Positions 9,346-20,000 of a DNA stretch of 20,000 bases are shown here, one piece after another. The notes under the pieces were generated by a model. That model made no database searches. It was not told the DNA's origin and saw only the letters and a list, made by a program, of their open reading frames with translations. The first letter of the stretch is position 1. Every line of letters starts with the position of its first letter. The stretch comes from Spirogloea muscicola (Eukaryota): assembly GCA_009602725.1 (NCBI GenBank), contig WELB01000014.1, positions 1,016,221 to 1,036,220 of the forward strand. Direction: 5' to 3'. Made by a program: the position numbers and the translations under genes.

Positions 9346-12300
9346 TTACGTGAGACGATGATGAGGTGGTCGCCGAAAGTACTTTCGGAGTGGCTCTAAG
9401 GAGGCCTCGACTTGCTCTCGATACTTCGAGTGGTACAGGGCTGCGCCTGCAACGCAGGCCACGGCTGTGACCAGGACCACATTCCTGATGTACCGGGACG
9501 TTGGCGTGCTGCCAGACCTCTCGTTCTTCACCTCCTTACTTGCTTTCCTCAAATTCTCAGTTGGGGCCTCGGAGAAGTCGAAGACCAACTTCAATGACTG
9601 CAGGTACACCACAACAAGGTGCCTTGTGGACTTGAGTATTTGATTATGTTACAACAGTATGATACGGTGCAAAGGTATTGAGATATGCAAAAGCCCGCCA
9701 ATGCATGATGCTGTATGTCAGGTCGCAGCTTGATGATGAAGCTAAAGCTCTTGCATGCTCCCGGGCATCTCCTTCTACTGAATAGCTGGCATGCAGCCAT
9801 CTTCTGCTTATTTTGAAAATAAATTAGAAGGCGAAGAGAGTCAAGTGCCGAGTACCTTAAGGCCTGTGGTGCGTGCAAAGCTTACTGCAGCAGAAAGATC
9901 TTCGTCCGAGTTGAGTAGCACCTTATCCTTCTCATCATCCTCATACTGAAGAGAAACGAAAGCAGGTCAGTGAGCTAGTGAAGCAGCGGACCTCAGAGTC
10001 AACTAAATCGTCTATACTATTTCAGTGATGCCACTTACCAGAACGGAGGGAGGATTGTCTGGGTCGAAATCACTTCCTAACCTCCCGGCAACGGCCACAA
10101 CGAGCTCTGTCAAACTCTCTGTGCCTGCCACGTACACAAACGTGTAAACTTTGTCTCAGTCAAGAGGGTTGCAACGAATGTAGTACCACACCCTGCGCTA
10201 GAAAAGGCAGTAGTCTTCAAGAATATTTCTACTCCAATTTATGGAAAGTCCTACTTAGATTTCTTGCAGTCATGTCACTCCTACTCTTGTAGACATACAT
10301 CAACATAAGTCAATGAAGACCAAGCTACTTGAGTGAGGTAAAATCACATCAAGTGGTTGAAGATCACATGCGCACCACAGGAGAAGCGATGCACACGCCC
10401 CTTCAGATCTTCCATCTTGAAAGAAAATACATGGTCAACCTGAGCACCTCCTCTCATCCCATTTGGATGCGATATCTCACTATCGTAGATACTGCAGATG
10501 GAGATGCAGTGATTATCAGGCTTCACTTCAGAGTAAAATATCATTGCAAGTCATTTGCCAACCCTACAAGGGTCAGCTGCCTGACATAGACTGTCTCCTG
10601 AAAAGGGAGCCAGTAGTCAATCAAACAATGTAGGCACCACAAGTAGCTAATGCCACCCTGACAGACTCTAAGGTATATTTGTCTTTTGTCTTATCTTAGC
10701 AGACCATGTCGCTAGTGTGTCGACTGACTAGAAGAAACATATCCCCTTGCTTACTGCACCTCTTAAGCTTGAACAATAACAGGTCATACTTTACCTGGTC
10801 TCATCCTCGTCCTCCGCTGCATCCAATGCCAGGGTGGAGTCCCAGAACTTCTGCATCATATTGTTTGCAGCTTCTGCTGCACTGCCAGCATTACCAACCT
10901 GCAAAAACAGCCGTTGGCAATGTAGCCCAACACAAGTCAGCTTGTGGCTCAGGCTAAGCTGGCGCCGGCTCCAAGCATACTCCTGGTGTGACGATTTGCA
11001 AAAGTCTAGGACGGCACTTACAGCAGTTGCAACAGCTCCATGAGTCAGCTGTATTACATCCACACACGTCACAACATTGCCATCTGTACAGCAGAGTAAA
11101 CAAGTAATGGTGTTATCGATGCACCTCATGCGAACACGTCCATAAAGCAAACTTATCATGCAAGAGATGCAACATGAGCCCTTGTAGACAGGAATTACGA
11201 AGCATTTAGTAATCACCACGGCGGCTATGTCATTTTGTCTATGCAGTGTCACTGGACAACCATACCTCTGTCGACTATGGGCAGATGTAAGAACTTTCCG
11301 TCGTGCATGATGTGAAGCGCATCCACAACAGTTGTGTCCAGAGCAGCACACTCTGGACTTGCCGTCATCACCTACATATGCGGGAAGTTTCTCTTGAATT
11401 TGTAATCTGCACATTATTTCTCTTCTTAGAAATATATATGATACTTTGGCTATATCAAGCTCTGCACTCAGAGGCACAAGATCACTCACAGAGCAGGCAA
11501 GAATGGACTACACCACTTCTTGAGCAACATCACAACATCGATTCCCAAGAGGATAACCAAGCCCCATGACATGCTTGACTAAGAGAAACAAACAGTACCT
11601 GGCTTATTGGAGTTTCATCAGGTGACCGATTCATGGCTACCACACGAAGCAAAATATCCTTCGTCCTGTGTAGCATAGTGATCATTGTCTTAGTACAAGA
11701 CACTGCTGAAACGTGTAGGAGTACTGTTGCTCTGCATGCCAGGGACTAAGCAAGCAATGAGATATCCTACGCGACTGACCTTCACCGACTTTATCCAGGT
11801 TCTTGCAGCACATCATGAAGATCAAATCAGCTGTATACTACATTCACACTCACGTGAGGATGCCCAAGGGCTTGCTGCTACTCTCGTTTGTGACGATGAC
11901 GGCACTGCTTTTGGCTTCTTTCATCTGCTTGGCTGCAGCGAACACAGAATCTCCAGGAGTTGCAATAGCTACCCTGCACATCCCGTGATGCACATAGGTA
12001 ATACAGAGATTGATCAGCAGCTGTGCTCAACATGCCTTCGCAAAACTTGCAGTGCAGACTACAATGCTGATGAGGAGCAATATGCACATTCCTATGCACC
12101 TACTTGACTGGCACGCCATTGGATCTTGACTGGCAACAGGTAGGCAGCATAGTCTGGCACACAGCTTACCTGCTCTGATCACCTACAAGGGTTGAGAGAG
12201 TAGGCCGGAACATCCTCTCACGAAGTGTATCAATGAAGGTTGATGGAGCTGCCATGACCACCCAGCCAATCCAGTCAATAAGTGACTGCAATTTCTACAG

Positions 12301-13943
12301 AGGTACCACGCTCTCACAATGTTGTCAAGAAGTCCCCCGCGAAGAGACGCTTCCTTTCTTCCACTAATTGCATGCCCACTCACATCACACTGCAGCTGCC
12401 AGAACTTGTACTTGTTGTAATACAGCAGGCTTGTCCTTGGGTCAATCTGCACACTGGGCGAGCAGAACCAGACCATTTCATGCCAGAGCATTGCGAGATA
12501 AACACACGTATAATTGTACCTGATATGGTGTTCCCAAATTCACGTTCCACGCCTTCCACAGCCGCAGCAATAGCGTTTCCCTTTTCTGCTGCTCTCTCCA
12601 TGCGAGCAATAGCATCATATAGGCACTTTGTAATGTCCAGCAGTGCTACAACTTCATTGTTCTCTACCACCGGCAGATGTCTGAAGCGACCTGCAGGAGC
12701 AGATCTTGTTCAGTGAAAGTGCAAGGGCATCAGATACCAGCTTCCATCTGATAATCAAGTATGAAGGCTGTACCCAGTCCTGAGCCAATTAAGAAAGGGA
12801 ATGTCTGACAACAAATGGCTTACCAGTGACCATTTTCTGCAGGGCTTCTACAGCAGATGTGTCAATGTTAACAAACAGGGGATTCCTAGTCATGACAGCT
12901 GACACAGGCGTGTCATCCACACTTCGTCCCTCTGCAATGACTCGAAGAGCTATATCCTGCAGTATTGCAAGATGGCAACAGTGTGAGAGGCCAGATGTGC
13001 ACTGTGCATGTGCTCAAGTAACTAAGGCTTGGTTGAGAACCCTAAACAGCACTTATAGGCCAGACAAGCAGCTGAGGAGGACTATTAGCCAACAATGGAT
13101 ATCAAGCAGATCGAACGCTTGATGTTGGCTGCAAAAAATCTTGCCAAATGGAAAACTGCTAAGAACTTTGAAGTGTGAGTGTGCAAGTGTGCAGTTCAAG
13201 CAAAAGGACTGTGTATGTAGACGACCTTGTCGGTAACAATACCGCACAAGAGAGCATTCGAATCTGTCAAGAGAGCAGCATCCACTCTTCGAGCCGCCAT
13301 GCGACGGCAAGCATCTGCTATGGTTGTTGTATCAGGAATTGTCAAAGCCTTTGATAGCTTGAGCCTCCTCACAGTCCGTTCCCCTGGTCTGTGTGTAGAT
13401 TGTAAGCAAGAGAAGCAGTGAGTAACGGGGCAAAGGAAAGTGCTGACCATGGCTAGGTGGACTGCGATGTCCAATGAGGACCTCAACCTAGAATGGCCGC
13501 AGCTTCTTCTACTGCCAGAAGTCTATGCCATGCAATTCCACGTACCATGAGCTTGACAACTCTACTACGGAGTTGCTCAGTCACACCACTGTCTCCGAAT
13601 GTGGATGTACCCCTATGGATATGCTATGTAGATTACGGATGATGATTGCCAGCTCACAAGGGCCATGACAACCATACACAAGGAAGGACAGAAAGTAGAT
13701 GAGATGCTTCCACGAATCTCTCCTTGAACGCTACTTGAGCTCCAGCAAGTGTCTGCCTCCGTTCGATGGAAGAGTGGGAAGTGGACGAGCCAGGCATCCA
13801 GTGCTTGTGCCTACCTGCCATCGGCCCCCTTCTTCACGCCGTTACTGGCCTGGCTGCCCTTGCGGCGGGTGGTGGAGCCCTTCTTGGAGGGCGCGCGCCG
13901 GGGGCCGCCGACGGCGCCGGCGCCGCCACCGCCGCCGCCACCG
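9346..13943 (-). CDS. CBSCBSPB: CBS domain-containing protein of CBSCBSPB type (two CBS pairs + PB1 + C-terminal TM helix); 5' end in the gap
   Basis: Phase-consistent minus-strand exons: 13815-13943+, 13226-13388, 12824-12956, 12520-12690, 12170-12248, 11854-11973, 11599-11665, 11266-11371, 11022-11083, 10795-10898, 10376-10491, 10039-10124, 9856-9945, 9346-9597. Family motifs: GERTVRRLKLSKALTIPD, DACRRMAARRVDAALLTDSNALLCGIVTDKDIA, LLDITKCLYDAIARMERAAEKG, LRERMFRPTLST, DALHIMHDGKFLHLP, MMQKFWDS; PB1 FSFKMEDLKGRVHRF...YEDDEKDKVLL; hydrophobic VVLVTAVACVAGAALY. Confidence 0.93.
13904..13943. repeat. (CCG)n-rich trinucleotide tract at the left gap edge (poly-Gly on the minus-strand CBS gene)
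   Basis: ...gccgccgacggcgccggcgccgccaccgccgccgccaccg runs directly into the Ns. Confidence 0.8.
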
Positions 13944-14783
13944 NNNNNNNNNNNNNNNNNNNNNNNNNNNNNNNNNNNNNNNNNNNNNNNNNNNNNNNNN
14001 NNNNNNNNNNNNNNNNNNNNNNNNNNNNNNNNNNNNNNNNNNNNNNNNNNNNNNNNNNNNNNNNNNNNNNNNNNNNNNNNNNNNNNNNNNNNNNNNNNNN
14101 NNNNNNNNNNNNNNNNNNNNNNNNNNNNNNNNNNNNNNNNNNNNNNNNNNNNNNNNNNNNNNNNNNNNNNNNNNNNNNNNNNNNNNNNNNNNNNNNNNNN
14201 NNNNNNNNNNNNNNNNNNNNNNNNNNNNNNNNNNNNNNNNNNNNNNNNNNNNNNNNNNNNNNNNNNNNNNNNNNNNNNNNNNNNNNNNNNNNNNNNNNNN
14301 NNNNNNNNNNNNNNNNNNNNNNNNNNNNNNNNNNNNNNNNNNNNNNNNNNNNNNNNNNNNNNNNNNNNNNNNNNNNNNNNNNNNNNNNNNNNNNNNNNNN
14401 NNNNNNNNNNNNNNNNNNNNNNNNNNNNNNNNNNNNNNNNNNNNNNNNNNNNNNNNNNNNNNNNNNNNNNNNNNNNNNNNNNNNNNNNNNNNNNNNNNNN
14501 NNNNNNNNNNNNNNNNNNNNNNNNNNNNNNNNNNNNNNNNNNNNNNNNNNNNNNNNNNNNNNNNNNNNNNNNNNNNNNNNNNNNNNNNNNNNNNNNNNNN
14601 NNNNNNNNNNNNNNNNNNNNNNNNNNNNNNNNNNNNNNNNNNNNNNNNNNNNNNNNNNNNNNNNNNNNNNNNNNNNNNNNNNNNNNNNNNNNNNNNNNNN
14701 NNNNNNNNNNNNNNNNNNNNNNNNNNNNNNNNNNNNNNNNNNNNNNNNNNNNNNNNNNNNNNNNNNNNNNNNNNNNNNNNNNN
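13944..14783. other. Assembly gap (840 N)
   Basis: Run of N from 13944 to 14783. Confidence 1.
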
Positions 14784-14787
14784 CGGC

Positions 14788-14818
<31 letters not shown>

Positions 14819-14821
14819 GCG
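14784..14821. repeat. (CGG)n trinucleotide tract at the right gap edge, probably in the first RecA exon or its 5' UTR
   Basis: cggcggcggcggcggcggcggcggcagcggcggcggcg immediately after the Ns. Confidence 0.85.
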
Positions 14822-15065
14822 CTCGCCTGCGCTGGCCTCGCCTCCTCCCAGGCCGCGCCATGCAGGGTGCTGCCTCTCCCGTTGGCTTTCGAGGCGGCAG
14901 GTTCGCGCCTCCAGCACGGCCGCCGAATCCATCAGCTGGTCCAGCATGCGGTTTACCGGCGGTTCTGCAGTGACGCCTGTCTCGTCTCGGTGTTACTCGT
15001 CGTGGCGCCAATGGTTAAGATGACGGCTTTCCCGTTAAGAGGAGCGTCAGTCTGCCATCGTGCAG

Positions 15066-18000
15066 GTCGTTGCTGGCCCAAGATGCGCACCACGGTTGCA
15101 CCTGCCTTCATGGCAGGCAGCGGGCCTTCGCCTACCCTGTCTCGGGCCCGCGCCACCTCGCGGCCTCCAGCGGCCAGTACCACGCCGGGCTCCGCCTGGA
15201 CGCCGACGTCCTCGCCGAGAGCCACGAGCTGAGGCGGACGCTGAAGACCAAGGTCATGGCAGCCAAGCGGGGCTCGCTGCGGACACTAATCAACGGCGAG
15301 GAGCACACTGATGCAGATAGGAGGCAGCAGGAGAAGGTACATTGAATGCACGACATCAAATTTTTGTGGTTTTGTAATGTGGACTGTGCAGGTAGCCAGA
15401 GTACTTGGGTGTGGCTGCTCTCAAAGCGGGGCTTGCAGTCTGGTTGTTGCTTATAGCTGACATGAAGTCGGTGATCAGGTCAATTTTGTGCTTAAGTATT
15501 TAGGATATTAAGGATAAAAGGCTGGGAATAGCCTGTGCCTGCTTGGGCAAACTCAATCACGTTATAGAGACAGTTATAAGATGTGTGGTTGTAATTCTAA
15601 GTCCTAGTGTTTACGAGCACAAGACTACAATAACAAGTAGGCCTTTGCCTTGCAGCAAGCTGCTCTGGAGGCAGCCATATCGGATATCAATCGTACTTTT
15701 GGCAAGGGGAGCATCTCACGACCTGGCGGTGATGTTCCAGCTGTGTAAGCCAGTGCCAGTTTTGGCTGCCCTTGGACTGACAGGAGCTAAGTGGTATTAA
15801 AAGTTAATACCACTTAGCAAATTCTGAATCATTCTAGCCAGTTCATTCATGCAGTTCTCATGCTTGTACAGAATCTTTTTCGACGAGGCAGTTGATGACC
15901 GGCCCAGAAGCGAAGAGGGTGTCGCTCATTATACTGAATTGATGTCTAATTGCGGATAGTGATGCATAGTGACTAGGATTCAATATCGTCTGACTGCAGT
16001 GAGAAATTTTCGAGTGGCGTTCTGCCATTGGACATTGCCCTTGATGGTGGCCTTCCCAAGGGGCGAATAGTGGAGGTTAGTCACTCATGCCTGCCATGCT
16101 GAGTTTCTTACCATCCTGTAACTATCACCTTATCTCCCCTCATCAAGTCGGTTGCTATCTGGGTTTCATAAGATGCTGTTAGAAGTGGGCAACTAATGCA
16201 CGCACTCTCTGCACACTCCACTCTGAACACTTCACATACACTCACAAGCCCTGTACCTGCAGATTTACGGGCCAGAGAGCAGTGGAAAGACGACTCTTGC
16301 CATGGTTGCTGTTGCAGAAATCCAGGTATATATAATCTAGGTGGCATGATGTATTCTACTTCCGGCTTTGATACCCCTGATTGCAAGCGAGAGATTTGCG
16401 AGCTATACGTGTGGGCTTGCTTGTGCCAGTTGAGGTGCCTACAGCAGAAGTACTTTTGTGTACTGAGATTTCTTTGAAAATGACAAGTATGCTCCTGGCA
16501 AAACGTTGTGCAGAAGGGGGGTGGTAATGCTGTGCTACTTGATGCGGAGCATGCTTTCGATGCTGCATATTCTGCAAGGCTGGGGGTGGATATTAACAAT
16601 CTTGTCTTGTGTCAGCCTGACAATGGGGAGATGGGGCTTGAAAGTGAGCCTCTCCATATTGACTCGCTTTCTGTAGCAAGTCTTCTGACGTAAGCTAAAA
16701 GGGAGGAGATCATTACCAGGATAATTGATTGATGTCTATCTCATGTTTTTTCTTTGCCAGTTGTTGACAAGATGATGCGGTCTGGGGCCATTGACCTGGT
16801 GGTTGTTGACTCAGTCTCGGCATTGACTCCCAGATCAGAGATTGAGGTATATTTGTCATTCATCTCTTCCTCTTTGTTTTCCTCTGGATAAATATCAGCA
16901 AGTATTGGGGAGACATCAACAGTATAGATGCTTCTATCCAAGATCGTTGCGTGTGCCCGTGCCCTCAGTAGATGGGTTACTTAAGCGATAAGTGCAGGTT
17001 CTGATTGAGTGGCGATTGTGTTGGCATGTCAGGGCGATATTGGTATGATACAAGTGGGGACGCAAGCCCGGATGATGAGTCAGGCTCTCCGCAAGTTATC
17101 TGCCAATGCGTCCAAGTCAAATTGCACAATCATCTTCATCAACCAGATGAGATACAAGGTACCATGCATATTTTGATTGTATTAGGAATGGTCAATGAGG
17201 CGTCATTGACATTTCTGTTGCCTTACCTGCTTATGTCATTGACTGGAGTCATTGTTACTGGAGTCATTGTTGGGCAAGTAGATATGACACTGCCTTCTCG
17301 TTGTAGGATGCATCCGCTCTCCTAGCTCAATTCAGCAGCCAAGCTTGTCAGAGTGGACTAAGTGGGCAGCTTAGTAGCAGCTCTTGTTCATCAGAGATAG
17401 TGGGGTTCACCTGGCATGATGGCAAGTATCTTGCTTCTGGGTCATCACCTACACTCCTCACAGGGGAGCATGTGAAAAGGTTAGATTGCAGCTTATGGGA
17501 ATCCGGAGACAACGAGTGGCGGGGTTGCTCTCAAATACTACGCGTCCCTGCGCATGGAGATAAAACCTATTGGCCAGAAGATAAAAGGGGTAAGGCATTC
17601 CTTGATGAAGTTGCTGCATCCTTATGATCGGGTGGTTGCCCACAGGAATTGACAATCTCAAGTTGCTCCTTGTTACCTTGACGACCTTTTTGCCCCCACA
17701 ATGCCAGCATTTACCTTTCTTGCATGTGGGCGTCTGTTTGCTTCTGCAGCCAAAGGATGAGGACATTGGTATACGGGCCAAAGTCCAGATCAAGAAAAGC
17801 AAGGTATGATGATTGCATTGATCATGTCAGTTACCTTCAGTCATCTTCCCGCTTCTCACTAAGAATACGTCACGGATAGTGGTAAAGCTTATGAATGTTT
17901 CCAGGGAGGCTTATGCATTAGGTAGTGCTAGGTCTGTATTTCTCAGATGATGAGACTTTCGCATGATAGGCAGCTTTTGACTCACTTTTGGTTATACATA

Positions 18001-18957
18001 CAAGCAGCCGCCCGCCAGACCACCGATACGTCACTACTATCCCAGCTGAAGATTGTGGCCAACTCTAATGTGCAGGTTGGCCGACCAGCCAGGATTCTGG
18101 AATTTGACATAATATTTGGAGAGGGAATTCCTCGGCTGGTGAGTGTACGCCAGCTTGCTGACAGCCAGTCTTGTCTCATGTAAATATGTACACTTGATTC
18201 CGACTTCTGCAGGCAATGTTGATGTCATTGTCTCATACATCTGTTTGTTCAGTCAACCAGTTGTTACAACTTGCCATGATATTGTGCAGAATTGTCTAGT
18301 GGACTGTGCTGAGAGCGCAGAGGTCATCTCAAAGAAGGGTGCCTGGTATAGTTATGGTGACACCAGGTACACACAGACCCTGACTTTGTCATCTACTTAT
18401 TTCAACAGGGGTGCTTTGTGTGGTGACTTTGTGCAAATCTTGAGACATCTTTGAAATTGTTCTAAGATATAATTATATAGAATATAATTATATTATCAAA
18501 GCCATTTGTTTGGGTTGTCCACGTGCGTCTCCACAACTGAAAGCAGGGGTTGATCTAAATGGTGGTGCCCCACAGGCTTGGTCAGGGCCGCGAGAAGGTG
18601 CTTGCTTATCTGAGGGAGAATCCTGCTTTAGCGGACCAGTTGGAGAAGGCAAGTGTTTGATTATAAAGTCCTCTGATGCAGCATCGCAGTCGTCGGCTGC
18701 CCAATGCTGGTAAGGTGGTTGTCAGGCATTGCACTGAAATGATTACAATGTGGACTGAAGCGCAGATAATCAAGGAGAAGCTTGCTAGCCAGGAAGCGGA
18801 GTTGAAGCTGACAACTGTTATTGGAAGGAGCTTGTCAAATGGCTCTATGGCCGGTCATGGGTCTACACTATTTGAGGAGGTCGAGGACGAAGACGATGAT
18901 GACATGTTTGCGGAGGATGCCGAGGAGCTTCTGGCAAGCGAGAATGTACCACATTAG
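15066..18957 (+). CDS. RECA: Nuclear-encoded plastid-type (cyanobacterial-derived, RECA1-like) RecA recombinase; first exon unresolved (14784 to 14866/14900)
   Basis: Phase-consistent exons: 15066-15336 (transit-peptide-like), 15656-15744 ([18 protein letters not shown]), 16000-16075, 16263-16325 (Walker [10 protein letters not shown]), 16514-16643 (DAEHAFD...CQPDNGEM), 16761-16846 (Walker [17 protein letters not shown]), 17033-17158 ([11 protein letters not shown]...NQMRYK), 17485-17589 (GNPETTSGG), 17750-17803, 18076-18138, 18290-18366 (KKGAWYSY), 18576-18648 (LGQGREK), 18766-18957 (acidic tail). [27 protein letters not shown] and KSKV.RP resemble the plant chloroplast RECA1 group as I recall it. 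Confidence 0.93.
17242..17271. repeat. 15-bp tandem duplication in a RecA intron
   Basis: ACTGGAGTCATTGTT twice, preceded by a partial GTCATTG unit. Confidence 0.75.
18467..18494. repeat. Doubled AT-only palindrome in a RecA intron
   Basis: The self-complementary 12-mer ATATAATTATAT occurs at 18467-18478 and 18482-18493. Confidence 0.7.
18649..18765 (+). other. GC-AG intron (last intron of RecA)
   Basis: Donor AAG|GCAAGT is a full consensus apart from GC; acceptor CGCAG|ATA. The phase-0 join gives DQLEK-IIKEKL. Read-through hits a stop (GKCL frame aside, KASV*). Confidence 0.85.
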
Positions 18958-19083
18958 TGCAGGGAAAGTAGCACTTAGGCTTGATTCTTGGTTACCCCTT
19001 GCGAGGGCACTCTTGGACCCTTGAACAGATTGTGCTGTATATTTAGACTCTCGACCCAGCTTGTCAACGGAACGGGCGCCTGA

Positions 19084-19089
19084 AATAAA
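19084..19089 (+). promoter_or_regulatory. Candidate polyadenylation signal (AATAAA) of RecA
   Basis: AATAAA about 127 nt after the RecA stop. Motif match only. Confidence 0.3.
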
Positions 19090-19508
19090 GACAGTAGGAC
19101 GTCACTTTCTGCAGCTAGTATTAGCAGCTTCCGCTGGCAGCCACTTTAGGGTGCGCATCAGCATCAGCCTGTGAACACCTCACAGGCCCTTGCACTTCCA
19201 GCTACTTGTTGAATTAAATTTTCTGCCTCCAATTTCGTTATGCTAGCACATCCTCTGCCCGTATCCGATTTCGAGGCTTAACCCGAAAATGAGCAATAAT
19301 CAGTCTGCTGCGCCGGCCTTATCTGCTGGCGCTGTCCAGCTGGGACAGACTTTGAACTGCCTTGTCGGGCTGGCCGCTCACAGCCATTAGCCCGTCTTGG
19401 AGACGCTTGCACTTCTTCTGGCTTTGCCTTGGCTGCCGCCTCAGGATGTTGGTGGAGCGGCGCTTATCTGGCTGCTAGTCATTCTAACTTGCTACTGCTG
19501 ACCAGAGC

Positions 19509-19891
19509 TTACCGGTGCTTGTTGCGCTTCAGTGGCTTCCCCTGGACCTCGTTAATGTTGAATATTGTAATATGTTGAATCGGCGGGTCGGGGTGGGTGA
19601 CCATCCCGCCCGTCTATTGGGCCCTGAGAGTCTCCCCTGGATAAGGGAGGCCTCGGGCACCCGTCGTGCTTACTCTCCACATCTGAGGCCACGCGGTGCG
19701 CCCGTGCGCCCTAGCCAGGCTGCCACCCACCTTGGGTGAGGGCGGAGCCTGTGCTGTCTGACTGTCTGTCTGAGATCCAAGTCTGTCTACCACCATGAGT
19801 ACATCTGCGTCTGAGTCACTGCGACGAGGTCGCTCTGCTGGGCCGCCGTCTCAACGAGGGCCACCGCCTCAACGAGGCCGATCTGCTGGAC
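19509..19891 (-). CDS. Probable 3' exons of an unidentified protein-coding gene continuing beyond the window
   Basis: Tentative phase-consistent exons 19791(or 19794)-19891, 19674-19710 and 19509-19613 give VQQIGLVEAVALVETAAQQSDLVAVTQTQMYSW(W)AHGRTAWPQMWRTGGMVTHPDPPIQHITIFNINEVQGKPLKRNKHR*. Support comes from GC3-rich codons, the CTCCAG| acceptor and the AGA|GTAAGC donor. Family not recognised. Confidence 0.5.
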
Positions 19892-20000
19892 CTGGAGGAC
19901 GCTCAGTGGAGGAGCAAGACTGGAGAGACACAGATGCTGAGCGAGCCGTGTACAACACAGGTCAGGTGCAAGAGCGCGCAGCACAGGACGGTTTTCAGGC

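Noticed and set aside
10791..11489. 232-aa minus ORF as a standalone gene
   Set aside because: It is read-through of introns linking two in-frame CBSCBSPB exons.
13699..15232. Long ORFs (378-488 aa) spanning the N run
   Set aside because: Artefacts of translating through 840 Ns; only the flanks are real sequence.
17947..18049. Possible intronic C/D-box snoRNA (ATGATGA...CTGA, with GTCACTAC partially complementary to 18S rRNA as recalled)
   Set aside because: The complementarity is only about 8 nt and not adjacent to the D box, there is no convincing terminal stem, and CTGA lies about 26 nt from the 3' splice site where it is better explained as branch-point-like sequence. A snoscan/Infernal hit would reverse this.
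15656..18957. RecA as recent bacterial HGT or contamination
   Set aside because: It has at least 12 spliceosomal introns, an N-terminal presequence and plastid RECA1-type motifs, so ordinary endosymbiotic origin explains it.
152..18957. A functional gene cluster (ATM + protease + CBS + RecA)
   Set aside because: No shared pathway is evident; proximity is explained by a compact genome.
19318..19475. Stop-free minus-strand stretch (PDKRRSTNILRRQPR...)
   Set aside because: Joining it to the upstream exon needs an intron of about 35 nt and a phase mismatch; more likely 3' UTR.

Overview
Gene-dense, intron-rich eukaryotic nuclear DNA. The gene content (plastid-type RecA, CBS-CBS-PB1 protein, plant-type A1 aspartic protease) and short introns suggest a green-lineage organism, probably a streptophyte alga; this is an inference. 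I reconstructed spliced gene models by hand, checking GT/GC-AG boundaries and codon phases. There are five genes: (1) the 3' part of an ATM/ABCB7-type ABC half-transporter (+, 152-3651, 11 exons); (2) a secreted nepenthesin/atypical-type A1 aspartic protease (+, 4861 to 8840/8878, about 12-13 exons); (3) a CBSCBSPB-type CBS-CBS-PB1 protein with a C-terminal membrane anchor (-, 9346 to >13943, 14 exons visible); (4) a plastid-type RecA (+, <15066-18957, at least 13 exons), head-to-head with gene 3 across an 840-N gap flanked by (CCG)n/(CGG)n tracts; (5) the probable 3' end of an unidentified gene (-, about 19509-19891). I found no mobile element, CRISPR array or RNA gene that I can support, and no clearly novel system. 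The best leads are protein-level oddities (altered glutathione-pocket residues in the ATM, a shortened L2 loop in RecA, an 8-Cys insertion in the protease), two GC-AG introns, and the tight divergent CBS/RecA arrangement.
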